Of a stretch of 64,000 bases of DNA, positions 9,289 through 17,362 are shown piece after piece (positions within the stretch are counted from its first letter, which is position 1; every line of letters begins with the position of its first letter). Source of the DNA: Myxococcota bacterium (GTDB lineage: Bacteria; Myxococcota; UBA4151). Below the pieces are notes generated by a model, which was not told where the DNA came from, made no database searches, and saw only the letters and a program-made list of their open reading frames with translations. The stretch lies in assembly GCA_040260805.1 (NCBI GenBank), contig JBDQPD010000001.1, positions 9,048 to 73,047 on the forward strand. The letters run 5' to 3'. Made by a program: the position numbers and the translations under genes.

Positions 9289-10475
9289 TAGCGCCGTTTT
9301 TTCGCAGGGATCGGGATGATCAGCTTTTGACCGAGCCTCAGCGTTGAGCGGGTGGTCATGTTGTTGGCTCGAGCGATCTCTAAAACCTTTGCGCCCCAGC
9401 GGCGCGCAATGCCGGAGAGCGTGTCGCCTCGCTTGACGCGATAGGTTTGGATGAATCGGGTCTCTTGAACCGGGACTTTGGCGAGTTTTTCGCCGCAATC
9501 TTCTGGGGTGACCTTGGGAAGACGCAATCCAAAAGCTTTGCCGTAGAGATGAGCAGGCGGGGTGATACCCTGCTTGAGCGTTGGGTTGAGCTGCCAAAGC
9601 ATGGCGCTGTCTAAACCGCAGACCTCCGCAATTTTATCCAAGGAGAGCGGTCGACTGATCGGCAGCAGCTTAGTCTCGATGACCTCGTCGGGACGAGGGG
9701 TTCGAAACCCATAGTGTTCGGGTCGTTGGGCTAGCGTCGCAGCGGCTAAAAGCTTGGGGACATAGTTTCGGGTTTCGGTGGGGAGCTCGGATGATATGGA
9801 CCAAAAGTCTCGCTCGCCGGTGCGCGTTTGCGCACGCCGAACTCTTCCCGGACCTGCGTTATAGGCTGCCCAGGCGAGATACCAGTCATCAAAGCGGTCA
9901 TGCAGCGCCAAAAGATAGCGAGCGGCAGCTCTCGTCGCTTGCCCTAAGTCGGCGCGTTCATCGACGAAGTGCCCTGTCTTTAAACCAAAAGCTCTCGCCG
10001 TCGCTGGGATGAATTGCCAGACGCCCTGAGCCCCCGCTCGCGAGCGAGCTCGAGCTCTGAAACCGGACTCGATCATCGCTAAGTAGACTAGATCTTTTGG
10101 CGCTCCGACCTCTTCAAGGATTGGACGTAGCTGCGGAATAAGAAGGGCTGAACGATCAAGCCATGCCTGAAAGGTTCGTCGACCCCTGCCCGTGAAAAAC
10201 CGAATGTAGGCTTGGACCTTTGGGTTGGTTGTCCAGGGGATATCGAGCGCTGGAGGTGTCCCGTCTGCGTGACGCGAGAGGCTTTGATCAGGCCATGGTG
10301 CGCCCTGCGCAAAGGCTCGTTTAAGTTTCCATCCTCGCAGCGGTTTTTTGCTCTGGGGACTTCGTCGTCGTTTCGCCTCTTGGGCGAAGAAGGCCTGCTC
10401 CATCGCCTTGAGCTTTTGCATTTCATCGGCACCGGACCCTTGGGTCGCAGCGAGACTGATCAGGACGCTGATCAT
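9288..10475 (-). CDS. mltD: MltD-like lytic transglycosylase with C-terminal LysM
   Basis: MIESGF, GVWQFIPATA, AAYNAG, ETRNYVPK; LysM YRVKRGDTLSGIA. Confidence 0.9.
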   Translation of the reverse strand: MISVLISLAATQGSGADEMQKLKAMEQAFFAQEAKRRRSPQSKKPLRGWKLKRAFAQGAPWPDQSLSRHADGTPPALDIPWTTNPKVQAYIRFFTGRGRRTFQAWLDRSALLIPQLRPILEEVGAPKDLVYLAMIESGFRARARSRAGAQGVWQFIPATARAFGLKTGHFVDERADLGQATRAAARYLLALHDRFDDWYLAWAAYNAGPGRVRRAQTRTGERDFWSISSELPTETRNYVPKLLAAATLAQRPEHYGFRTPRPDEVIETKLLPISRPLSLDKIAEVCGLDSAMLWQLNPTLKQGITPPAHLYGKAFGLRLPKVTPEDCGEKLAKVPVQETRFIQTYRVKRGDTLSGIARRWGAKVLEIARANNMTTRSTLRLGQKLIIPIPAKKRR

Positions 10476-11926
10476 TTCTTGGCCTCGTGCCCCGGGCCTA
10501 GGACGCGCTTTAGACGGTCTTCATAGATGAAGGTGTTGGTGTGAGGAGGGTGGTGGCAATTCGTGCACCCTTCGACCGGGACCTCCCTTTTGATCAGCGC
10601 CTTGTTCCCACTCGCTGCGTGCAAAGACCCGGGCCCATGGCAGCTCTCACATCCGACATTAACCCGATCGGCGGCTTCACTAATTCGGCAGAACCCGCCG
10701 GGCTCATCAAAGCCGGCGCTGTGACAGCCAACGCAGGTGTAATCGTAGGTGCGTCCTTTGTGTTCGAGCGTCGCCCACGCTTTGGCGTGGGGCGTCGTCT
10801 TCCACAGCGCGTAGGCTTGGGCGTGGCAGCCCTGACAAGCCGCGCTGCCAATGTATTGCGGCTGGTCCGCTCCCACAGGAGCCTTGCACTCGCGGTTTCT
10901 CTCTAGCTTCTTATTCAACGCACTGATCGCTCGGTGATGGGCTTGAATCGCTGAATTCATCGACGCGTCTTCGGTGATGTTTGAATCCAGAGGAACACGT
11001 TGTCCTGACAGGGTACTCCCCTTAGCTGGCGGTTTGGGTAGAGGGCTCGCCAGAAGCTCGCTGCGGTCCACTTTCGCGCGCTGAACCTGAGCGGTGCGCG
11101 CTGCCAAAAGTGCCTTGGGCTTTTGCCGCACCTTGGCTCGGTCCCGTTGCTTGATCAGCCCATCGATTCGGCTCTGCATCGCTTTGAGCGCCGCGGCGCG
11201 CTCCCCAGCCCCTTCGAGGCGGGCTAAGGCACCACCTTGCCAGTGAAGATCGACTTCAAGAACTTGTTGCCCGCGCTCGCCACCGGTCAAGGCAAAGAGC
11301 CCTTCACTGAGTTGGACGATCGCTGGGCTCTCGTCGGTTTCGGACAGGATGATCAAATCGATGCCCAGCCGGAGCCAGTCAGAGGTCTTCGCCTTGGCTT
11401 GCTCAAGGTCGCCATCAAAGAGTAAAACCGCAGGGCGAAGTGGGTCCACTGCCGCGGCCGGCGCGCCGCGCAGAAATTGGATACCTTTGACCCGTTTGAG
11501 CTCGTTGACCTCAAGCCAGGGCATGGCGTCGACCGTGCGCAGTCCTTGGAACGAGGACTCAAGTTGAGCATCGGCGTGACCATTGCCCGAGATGACCAAG
11601 CCCATTTCGATCAGTTTGCGCTGCAAAAACTCGCCGGCCTGCTGAATTTGAGGGGCTGATCCCGAGCTCACTTTTCCGGGGCTAACCAGGTCGCCGTGAG
11701 CGACCAAGACAGGCTCTACTCCGGGCTCTTTGCGCGCCTTGAGGTAAGAGGCCAGGCGGGCCAATCCACCCAGGGGCTCGAGGGTGCATCCGCAGGGCTC
11801 TAGCTCACCGCGCAACTCCGACAAGACGAACAATCGATAATGACTGATCGCTTGGTCCGGACCGGGAGCTTTGGAAGAGCAGGACTGGACGACCAGCGAT
11901 CCCAGCAGTAGCGAAGCGATGCGCAT
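10472..11926 (-). CDS. Lipoprotein: 5'-nucleotidase-like N-domain (CGC motif), coiled coil, tetraheme c-type cytochrome domain
   Basis: Start MRIASLL with lipobox-like VQSC; GELEPCGC..GGLARLA; four CXXCH motifs (CQGCH, CVGCH, CESCH, CTNCH). Confidence 0.8.
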   Translation of the reverse strand: MRIASLLLGSLVVQSCSSKAPGPDQAISHYRLFVLSELRGELEPCGCTLEPLGGLARLASYLKARKEPGVEPVLVAHGDLVSPGKVSSGSAPQIQQAGEFLQRKLIEMGLVISGNGHADAQLESSFQGLRTVDAMPWLEVNELKRVKGIQFLRGAPAAAVDPLRPAVLLFDGDLEQAKAKTSDWLRLGIDLIILSETDESPAIVQLSEGLFALTGGERGQQVLEVDLHWQGGALARLEGAGERAAALKAMQSRIDGLIKQRDRAKVRQKPKALLAARTAQVQRAKVDRSELLASPLPKPPAKGSTLSGQRVPLDSNITEDASMNSAIQAHHRAISALNKKLERNRECKAPVGADQPQYIGSAACQGCHAQAYALWKTTPHAKAWATLEHKGRTYDYTCVGCHSAGFDEPGGFCRISEAADRVNVGCESCHGPGSLHAASGNKALIKREVPVEGCTNCHHPPHTNTFIYEDRLKRVLGPGHEAKK

Positions 11927-11959
11927 GGTGTGAACTCTCCCTTCTCCCGTGGGACAAAG

Positions 11960-11974
11960 TGGCACGAATTGAGC
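11960..11974 (+). promoter_or_regulatory. Possible sigma-54 (-24/-12) promoter upstream of plsY
   Basis: TGGCACGAATTGAGC has GG-N10-GC spacing and a perfect TGGCACG half; the -12 half is imperfect. Confidence 0.3.
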
Positions 11975-11996
11975 GATCAAGCGAAAGAGGGGTCCT

Positions 11997-12593
11997 TTGG
12001 AACTGTTTCCAATTAGCTTGGTTTTGGGGTCTGCGCTCTTAGGCTCGGTGCCCTTTGGGTTTGTACTGGCCAAGTACTTTCTAGGTGTTGATCTCAAAGC
12101 GGTGGGTTCTGGTAACATCGGAGCCACCAACGCTTCTCGTGCCGGTGGTATTCGCTTTGGCGCAACCATTTTACTGCTCGACGCCCTCAAGGGCTTTATC
12201 GGCCCTTTTGTCGTTCAGGCGATGGGTTTGCCTGATTTTTGGATCGCAGCAGCGGGTTTAGCGGCCGTGATTGGCCATTGCTATACTCCTTTTCTTCGAT
12301 TCAGCGGGGGGAAGGGTGTCGCCACTGGACTGGGTGTTATTATCGCCTTTGAGCCTTGGCTCGGAGGGGTTGGGGTTGCGGTTTATGCTGTTGTATTAGC
12401 TGTTTTTCGCACCAGCGCTATCGGCAGCCTGGTCGCCACAGCGAATTGTGTTGCGATCGCTTGGATGGTCCCTAGTTTTTCAGATCGTCCGGGTGTTCGG
12501 GTCGCATTAGCTGTGATCTGTGTCTTGATCGTTTGGCGACATCGCAGCAACCTAGCAGCCATTCGCCAACAATCTGTTGATGGGCCTGCATGA
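11997..12593 (+). CDS. plsY: Glycerol-3-phosphate acyltransferase
   Basis: GSGNIGATN, DALKG, GHCY, GGKGVAT, HRSN motifs. Confidence 0.95.
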   Translation: MELFPISLVLGSALLGSVPFGFVLAKYFLGVDLKAVGSGNIGATNASRAGGIRFGATILLLDALKGFIGPFVVQAMGLPDFWIAAAGLAAVIGHCYTPFLRFSGGKGVATGLGVIIAFEPWLGGVGVAVYAVVLAVFRTSAIGSLVATANCVAIAWMVPSFSDRPGVRVALAVICVLIVWRHRSNLAAIRQQSVDGPA

Positions 12594-13522
12594 GCGACGA
12601 CGACTTTAGCGATGAGACACGCATCCTGACCACGTCCGAATTCCGTTTGGATGAACTGGTCGGTGCAGCGGGCGAGCGCAGCGCGGTGTTGACCGTGCTC
12701 CGGGGCAGGCGGCGCGGCGCAACTTTTCAGATCGGTAGCAGCGTGACGGTGCTTGGGCGCGGTGAGCGTTCGGATGTACGCCTTGATGATGATGGCGTAA
12801 GCCGTCGCCACGCCGAGTTGGTGCGCCTCGATGATGGGGCGGTTCAGATTCGAGATCTGGGAAGCACCAACGGCACCTTCGTGAACGGCGAGCGGGTCGC
12901 CGAGCGGGTGCTTGAGGATGATGACCGAGTCGCCCTAGGAACCACTACCCTGCTCAAGTTTGAGTTGCATGATGCGATGGAGATCAAGCTCAAAGCTGAG
13001 ATGTATCAAAAGGCGACACGCGACCAGCTCACCGGGATGTTCAATCGTCGGTACTGCTTTGATCGCCTGCGTGAAGAGTTTAGCTTTGCGCAGCGCCATG
13101 GCCAGCCGCTCGCTGTGGTCATGTTCGATGTGGATCACTTCAAGCAAGTGAACGACACTTACGGTCATGCAGCCGGTGACGCCGTGCTGCAGCGCATTGG
13201 CAAAGTCGTCATGGAACTGGTCCGCAACGAGGACGTTGTGTGTCGTTATGGTGGTGAAGAGTTTGTCTGTATTTTGCGCGGCTTGACCTTAGACCAAGGT
13301 GAGCTCTTTGCAGACCGAGTGCGTCGATCCATTGAGTCGCAAACGGTGATCAGCGCCGAGCACCAACTCCAAGTGACAGTTTCGCTCGGTGTGGCGAGCC
13401 TAGACGGCGTGAATTTCACAAGCCCTGAAGAGCTGGTGAACGAGGCGGATGCTTATCTTTATGTGGCGAAAGAGGGCGGCCGCAATCAGGTCGCCTCGGC
13501 GCTTACTGCGACCACCGAATAA
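12590..13522 (+). CDS. FHA-domain diguanylate cyclase
   Basis: FHA motifs GR, VSRRHA, DLGSTNGT; DQLTG, DVDHFK, RYGGEEF; I-site RNED. Confidence 0.93.
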   Translation: MSDDDFSDETRILTTSEFRLDELVGAAGERSAVLTVLRGRRRGATFQIGSSVTVLGRGERSDVRLDDDGVSRRHAELVRLDDGAVQIRDLGSTNGTFVNGERVAERVLEDDDRVALGTTTLLKFELHDAMEIKLKAEMYQKATRDQLTGMFNRRYCFDRLREEFSFAQRHGQPLAVVMFDVDHFKQVNDTYGHAAGDAVLQRIGKVVMELVRNEDVVCRYGGEEFVCILRGLTLDQGELFADRVRRSIESQTVISAEHQLQVTVSLGVASLDGVNFTSPEELVNEADAYLYVAKEGGRNQVASALTATTE

Positions 13523-16500
13523 ATGGGTTTCGCGCACCTTAACGTCAAAACTGGATTTTCGTTTTTAGAGGGCGCTGTTCCGCTGGAACAGCTGTGCGAA
13601 CGGGTTAAAGATCTCGGCATGGAATCGGTTGCGGTGACCGATAAAGGAAACCTTCACGGCGCCTACGAATTTTATAAATCAGCGAAGAAGGCAGGCATTA
13701 ACCCTGTCCTTGGTTGTGAGCTGCAGCTCTTGCCCGAGGGGATTGCGATCGATGACCGCAGCACCCGACACGACACCTATGCGATCACGTTACTCGCCGC
13801 TAACGACACCGGCTGGCGAAACCTCAAAGAGCTGGTCTCGAAGGCTTCTTTGCTCGGTTATTATTATGTGCCGCGTATCGACTGGCTTACGCTCAAAGAG
13901 CACTCTGAGGGATTGATCGCTTTATCGGGCGGCTTAGGTGGTCTGGTCTCACGAACGTGGCACGGGTGGCACGGACCGCGCTCGAAGCGTCGAGCATCGA
14001 AAAATCGATATCCTGATGAAGCGGGTCAAGCGGTAAAGAAGCTGTCGAGCCTCTTTAGCCCAGGCGATTTCTATCTAGAGTTCCAAGATACTGGATTGCC
14101 CGAAGAGCCTGAGTTCAATGAGTTTTTGTGGGGCCTCAAGGAGCAGCTCGCGCTCCCTGGTGTAGCGACTAATAATTGCCACTATCTCGATCAAGATGAC
14201 GCTGAGGCGCACCGCTATTTGATGTGCATTCAGTATCGAACCACGATCGATAAATTCGACGGACCTGAGATTACGGGTCGGTACCTGAAAGATGAGCAAG
14301 CGATGGCTTCCGGGTGGTTCGCTGAGCACCCCGAGCTGGTTCAGGCCTCCCTTGAGATCGCTAACCGCTGCTCGGTGACGATGGAGCTCGGCGTCAACTA
14401 TCTGCCCCCCTTCCCATGCGCTGACGGTCGCAACGAAGAAGAAGAGCTAAGGCACAGCGCCCGCCAAGGTCTCAGCAAAAGGTTTGAAGAGCTCAAAGCG
14501 ACGGGCGCCTACACCTTCGACGAAAACACCTATCACGAGCGGCTCGACCATGAACTTGGGATCATTGAGTCGATGGGGTTCCCCGGTTATTTTCTGATCG
14601 TTCAAGACTTCATCAACTGGGCTAAGGACCACGGAATTCGCGTCGGGCCGGGGCGCGGCTCTGGTGCTGGCTCGCTGGTGGCTTGGGCGCTGAGAATTAC
14701 TGATTTAGACCCCTTGCCTTATGATCTCCTGTTTGAGCGATTTCTCAATCCCGAGCGCGTCTCGATGCCTGACTTTGATGTCGACTTTTGCCAAGAACGA
14801 CGAGGCGAGGTGATCCAGTATGTGACCGAGAAGTACGGCTCGGATCGTGTCGGTCAGATCGCAACCTTCGCGCGCTTGGGCGGTAAGTCGGTGATCAAAG
14901 ATGTGGCGTCAGTCCTCGATATGCCCTTCGCTGAAATCAACGATATGACGAGGAATATCCCGGCGTTTCATGAGGGGTTACCGGTGACCCTGACGCCGAA
15001 GATGCGCAGCGTAGAAGGGGTCAGTATTGTTGATGGTCGCCTCGTCGGCGAGGCCGGAGCCGTGTCGGACGCTCGCAAATCATGGGGTTTGTTCGAGGTG
15101 TCTAGTGAGCTGCTTGAGCAGCTCCAGGCTGGCGGTAAACTCAAGAAAGTCTTTGATATAGCGACTCGCCTTGAGGGGCTTTACCGTCAGGCGGGCACGC
15201 ACGCGGGTGGGGTGCTGATCGGTCGTGAGGTGTTGACCGAGTATACCCCGGTGTTTTCGACCTCAAGCGGCGGTCAGGCGGCGCAATTTAACATGGAAGG
15301 CGTTGAGGACGTCGGCTTGGTTAAGTTTGATTTCCTCGGGCTAAAAAATCTCGACATCATCACCTACGCCGAAGATTTAGTGAACGAAGAGGTCCAGCAA
15401 GCCAATCAAGGAACCCAAGAGGACCGGGCAGCCTTGATTGAGCGGTTTCCGCATCTGCGCGGTCTAGACCCGAGCAAGCCGCTTGATCTTCTGGATGTAG
15501 ACCTGGTTCCTTTAGATCACCTCGAGCCCTACCAGTTGATCTCTTCGGGAGACACTAACGGCGTCTTCCAGCTCGAGTCCGACGGTATGAAATCGATGCT
15601 GGTGGAGCTTAAGCCCGATTGTTTTGAGGACATTGTGGCGGCTGTAGCCTTGTATCGCCCTGGGCCGATGGATCAGATCCCCGATTATATTAAGCGCAAG
15701 CATGGGCAGCTCGCCATTGAGTATCCCCACACTGCGCTCGCCGAAGTGCTCAAGCCCACCTACGGTCACATGGTGTATCAAGAGCAGGTGATGCAAGCCG
15801 CTCAAATCATGGGAGGTTACACGCTTGGCGGCGCTGATATCTTGCGCCGCGCCATGGGTAAAAAGAAGCGCGAAGAGATGGAAAAGCAGCGCCTGATCTT
15901 TACCAAAGGCGCTCTTGAAATCCATGAGCTACCTGGCGCTAAAGCGGGCAAAATCTTTGACGTCATGGAGAAGTTTGCTGGGTACGGGTTCAACAAGAGC
16001 CATGCGGCTGCATATGCCAAAATCGCGTATCAAACCGCCTATCTAAAGCAGTTCCACCCGGTCGCATTTTATTGCGCTCAGGTGACCGTTCATCACAACA
16101 CGACCGAAACCGTGACCAAGTACCTGCGTGAAGCGAGCGATAAGGGCATCAAAATCCTACCGCCTTGCGTCAACGCTTCTGCCTACGGATTTAGGCCCGA
16201 AGGTGAGCAAGCCATTCGCTTTGGCTTATGCGCAGTCAAGGGCGTCGGTGACGCGGTTTTGAACCGGTTGTTTTCGGAGCAAGATAAAACGAAACCTTTC
16301 ATCGGCTTGCTTGAGCTCGTTGAGCGCTGCGGACCGCGTGAGCTGCCGCGCAAAGCTACTGAGTTGTTGGTCGATGCTGGTGCTTTGGATTTCTGCGGCG
16401 CGTCGCGGCGTCGTTTGGTGAGCAGTTTAGAGACGGTGTATCAGCGAGCCGGCAACACCTGCTCTGATCGCGAGGCGGGCCAGTTTAGCTTCTTTGAGAT

Positions 16501-17284
16501 GGGCGCAATGGATGGGGGCACAGCCTCGGACCCGGACGAGTGCTTGATTGAAGAGCGCCTCGAATGGCCAGATCGCCTGCGCCTGGCTCGAGAGCGAGCC
16601 GTGCTCGGCTTCTTCCTTTCGGGGCATCCAACGACCATATACCAAAAGGCATTTAAGCGCTTAACGACCTGTCGTTGTTCTGATCTAGCCACCCTTTGGG
16701 AGCCTGAGAAGGGCTGGGGAAACAAGCGTAAAACCGCTACACTCGCTGGGGTTATTGTCGCGCGCGACATCAAGAATATAGCGACCTATAGTGGTGGACC
16801 CAAAGAAGACACGGTGATCCCAAGACGTGCGTTCATTACCATCGAAGACACCTCTGGTCAGGTTGAGATACGTCTTGAGCCAGAAGTCTTTGGTCAATTC
16901 GAAGAGTTGATCAAATCTGATGAACCCTTGGTCTTTTCGGGCAACCTGATGGCGCGCAAGTCAGGCGGCGGAGATGATGGCGAGGAGCAGCTGCAAGTTG
17001 GCCTCCGGGTCAACCAGGTCCACCGCGCCTTCGAGGTCTTTGAACAACAGCGGATCCCCTTCGTTTTGAGGCTCGATTTAGAGCGTCACACTCCGGACGA
17101 TATTGAGGGCCTAAAAGCGCTGTGCCGACGCTTCCCTGGGAGCATGCCGCCAGAGTTTAGGATTCGTGGTAACCACGGCCGTCTGCGCCTGCTCGCCGCC
17201 CATGAATTGAGCGTCGCCTGCCACCTCGAGTTGATGGATGAAGTCGAAGAGTTGCTGGGCAAAGGGTCTGTGCAGCTCGGCTGA
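13523..17284 (+). CDS. dnaE: DNA polymerase III alpha subunit
   Basis: GPGRGSGAGSLV, FERFLNPERVSMPDFDVDF, KFDFLGL, YGFNKSHAAAY, clamp motif QFSFF. Confidence 0.97.
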   Translation: MGFAHLNVKTGFSFLEGAVPLEQLCERVKDLGMESVAVTDKGNLHGAYEFYKSAKKAGINPVLGCELQLLPEGIAIDDRSTRHDTYAITLLAANDTGWRNLKELVSKASLLGYYYVPRIDWLTLKEHSEGLIALSGGLGGLVSRTWHGWHGPRSKRRASKNRYPDEAGQAVKKLSSLFSPGDFYLEFQDTGLPEEPEFNEFLWGLKEQLALPGVATNNCHYLDQDDAEAHRYLMCIQYRTTIDKFDGPEITGRYLKDEQAMASGWFAEHPELVQASLEIANRCSVTMELGVNYLPPFPCADGRNEEEELRHSARQGLSKRFEELKATGAYTFDENTYHERLDHELGIIESMGFPGYFLIVQDFINWAKDHGIRVGPGRGSGAGSLVAWALRITDLDPLPYDLLFERFLNPERVSMPDFDVDFCQERRGEVIQYVTEKYGSDRVGQIATFARLGGKSVIKDVASVLDMPFAEINDMTRNIPAFHEGLPVTLTPKMRSVEGVSIVDGRLVGEAGAVSDARKSWGLFEVSSELLEQLQAGGKLKKVFDIATRLEGLYRQAGTHAGGVLIGREVLTEYTPVFSTSSGGQAAQFNMEGVEDVGLVKFDFLGLKNLDIITYAEDLVNEEVQQANQGTQEDRAALIERFPHLRGLDPSKPLDLLDVDLVPLDHLEPYQLISSGDTNGVFQLESDGMKSMLVELKPDCFEDIVAAVALYRPGPMDQIPDYIKRKHGQLAIEYPHTALAEVLKPTYGHMVYQEQVMQAAQIMGGYTLGGADILRRAMGKKKREEMEKQRLIFTKGALEIHELPGAKAGKIFDVMEKFAGYGFNKSHAAAYAKIAYQTAYLKQFHPVAFYCAQVTVHHNTTETVTKYLREASDKGIKILPPCVNASAYGFRPEGEQAIRFGLCAVKGVGDAVLNRLFSEQDKTKPFIGLLELVERCGPRELPRKATELLVDAGALDFCGASRRRLVSSLETVYQRAGNTCSDREAGQFSFFEMGAMDGGTASDPDECLIEERLEWPDRLRLARERAVLGFFLSGHPTTIYQKAFKRLTTCRCSDLATLWEPEKGWGNKRKTATLAGVIVARDIKNIATYSGGPKEDTVIPRRAFITIEDTSGQVEIRLEPEVFGQFEELIKSDEPLVFSGNLMARKSGGGDDGEEQLQVGLRVNQVHRAFEVFEQQRIPFVLRLDLERHTPDDIEGLKALCRRFPGSMPPEFRIRGNHGRLRLLAAHELSVACHLELMDEVEELLGKGSVQLG

Positions 17285-17362
17285 TCAAAGCCGTTCCGAA
17301 AAACCGATGCTGAGCCCCTGCGCGTCCGGTGGACGCGTGCTATGGTTCGCTTGCGAGGACCG

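Noticed and set aside
9289..9597. N-terminal extension of MoeA in the ORF track
   Set aside because: It is an alternative frame overlapping mltD; MoeA-like sequence begins at 9288.
11780..11800. Selenocysteine in the CGC motif
   Set aside because: Both codons are TGC and the frame is open.
11927..12190. N-terminal extension of the cytochrome ORF
   Set aside because: It is antisense to plsY; the signal peptide starts at 11926.
13523..17284. Intein in the long DnaE
   Set aside because: The insertions are short and lack C/S...HN-C/S/T splice junctions or endonuclease motifs.
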